Of a DNA stretch of 64,000 nt, positions 62,600 through 64,000 are shown piece after piece (position 1 is the stretch's first letter; each line of letters starts with the position of its first letter). The stretch is from Mobula hypostoma (lineage: Eukaryota). The stretch spans positions 46,006,001 to 46,070,000 of the forward strand of contig NC_086097.1 in the NCBI RefSeq assembly GCF_963921235.1, in the 5' to 3' direction. The notes beneath the pieces were generated by a model that saw nothing but the letters and a program-made list of their open reading frames with translations, made no database searches and was not told where the DNA came from. The position numbers and the translations under genes are program-made.

Positions 62600-62770
62600 C
62601 ATATTCCTGTCCTGTCCATTGTGCACCAACTGCTGCCGCTGGGCTATAAACGTGCAGGAGCAATGTGTGGTTAAGTGCCTTGCTCAAGGACACAATACGC
62701 TGCCTCAGCTGAGGCTGGAACTCGCGACCTTCAGATCACTAGTCCGACGCCTTAACCACTTGGCCACGCG
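62600..62770 (-). mobile_element. tRNA-derived SINE
   Basis: Minus strand GTGGCCAAGTGGTTAAGGCG (A box) and GAGTTCCAGCC (B-box-like), followed by a GTGTCCTTGAGCAAGGCACTTAACC core. Confidence 0.7.
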
Positions 62771-63177
62771 CCAATATTCAAAAAGAGTGAATGGGGTAAG
62801 CCAGAAAGTGTCAGGCCATGTGCCCTATCTCAGTTGCAGGGAGACCTTCAGAAAAAGTTCTTGCAAGTACGGTTTAGCACCATTTGTAAAGGCAAGGACT
62901 GGCTTGGGATCCAAGGTTTTGATTATCTGTCCCGATATCACCTTAAATGCTGTTTTGCTCTGAAGCATTTGATTGTTATGTTACTGGCTATAAGCAACAT
63001 GTCTCTGCTTCTATGTAAAGTCTAGATAACAACATCAAATTAGATTTTAAGTTAAAACATTACTTTCCTGTGTCACTAATCTTTAGCAGATTATGCCAGT
63101 GAAATTATGTATTTTGTATAAGTACAGTAAGAAGTTTAGTTGATTTAAGACTCATATTTGCAAACTCCAGTATCATA

Positions 63178-64000
63178 CAAACCCCATTTCCAGAAAAGTT
63201 GAGATATTTTCCAAAATGCAATAAAAACAAAAATCTGTGATATGTCAATTCACGCGAACCTTTATTTATCAGACAAAAGTACAAAGAAAAGATTTTCAAT
63301 AGTTTTACTGACCAACTTAATTGTATTTTGTAAACATACACAAATTTAGAATTTGATGGCTGTAACACACTCAACAAAAGTTGGGATAGAGGCATGTTTA
63401 CCATTGTGTTACATCACCTTTCCTTTTAGTAACACTTTTTAATCGTTTTGGAACTGAGGATACTAATTGTAGTAGATTTGCAATTGGAAATTTTGTCCAT
63501 TCTTGCTTGATATAAGACTTCAGCTGCTCAACAGTCCATGGTCTCCGTTGTCTGATTCTCCTCTTCATGATGCGCCATACATTATCAATAGGAGATAGAT
63601 CTGGACTGGCAGCAGGCCAGTCAAGCACACGCACTCTGTGTCTACAAAGCCACGCTGTTGTAGCCCGTGCAGAATGTGGTCTGGCATTGTCCTGCTGAAA
63701 TAAGCATGGACGTCCCAGGAAGAGGCGTCGCCTGATGGCACCATATGTCTCTCTAAAATCCTAATATACGCCTCAGAGTCAATGGTACCTTCACATACAT
63801 GCAACTCACCCAGGCCGTGGGCACTGATGCACCCCCATACCATCACAGATGCTGGCTTTTGCACCTTTCGCTGATAACAATCTGGATGGTCGTTTTCATC
63901 TTTGGCACGGAGAACTCGACGCCAGTTTTTTCTGGAAAACTAGCTGAAATGTGGACTCATCTGACCACAGCACAGAGTTCCACAGTCTTTCGGTCCATCT
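63178..64000 (-). mobile_element. Tc1-family DNA transposon, frameshifted transposase, runs off window
   Basis: TA followed by TIR CAAACCCCATTTCCAGAAAAGTTG, with inner direct repeat AAAAGTTGGGATA near 63376. Transposase motifs [22 protein letters not shown] and [15 protein letters not shown]. Confidence 0.93.

Noticed and set aside
62690..62770. tRNA gene
   Set aside because: The tRNA-like head continues into a SINE core and has no convincing acceptor stem.
57871..64000. Missing MATH domain as evidence of a truncated gene or pseudogene
   Set aside because: Exon 9 ends in a strong phase-1 donor and introns here reach 10 kb, so the last exon most likely lies beyond the window.

Overview
This is eukaryotic (vertebrate) genomic DNA. 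The repeat landscape (abundant CR1, Rex1/Babar-type LINEs, Penelope-like elements, tRNA-derived SINEs) suggests a cartilaginous fish, probably a ray; this is an inference. One host gene is present on the + strand: a TRAF3 (TRAF3/5 family) gene with nine spliceable coding exons from 30767 to 57870 (1165 nt; RING, five TRAF zinc fingers, coiled coil). I did not find the final TRAF-C/MATH exon, which presumably lies beyond 64000. The rest is intron or upstream sequence filled with transposon remnants. The most interesting feature is a young, TSD-flanked, head-to-tail array (41320-42348, about 2.35 units of 441/435 bp) of an internally deleted Penelope derivative. Each unit carries a minimal type I hammerhead ribozyme motif on the minus strand, an architecture like non-LTR retrozymes, and the same family has short dispersed copies. 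Also present are a non-autonomous Helitron with both termini and a nested Penelope, a Tc1 transposon running off the right edge, and several MITEs. Repeat boundaries are approximate unless a TSD or TIR is cited. Comparisons to known proteins are from memory, not from database searches.
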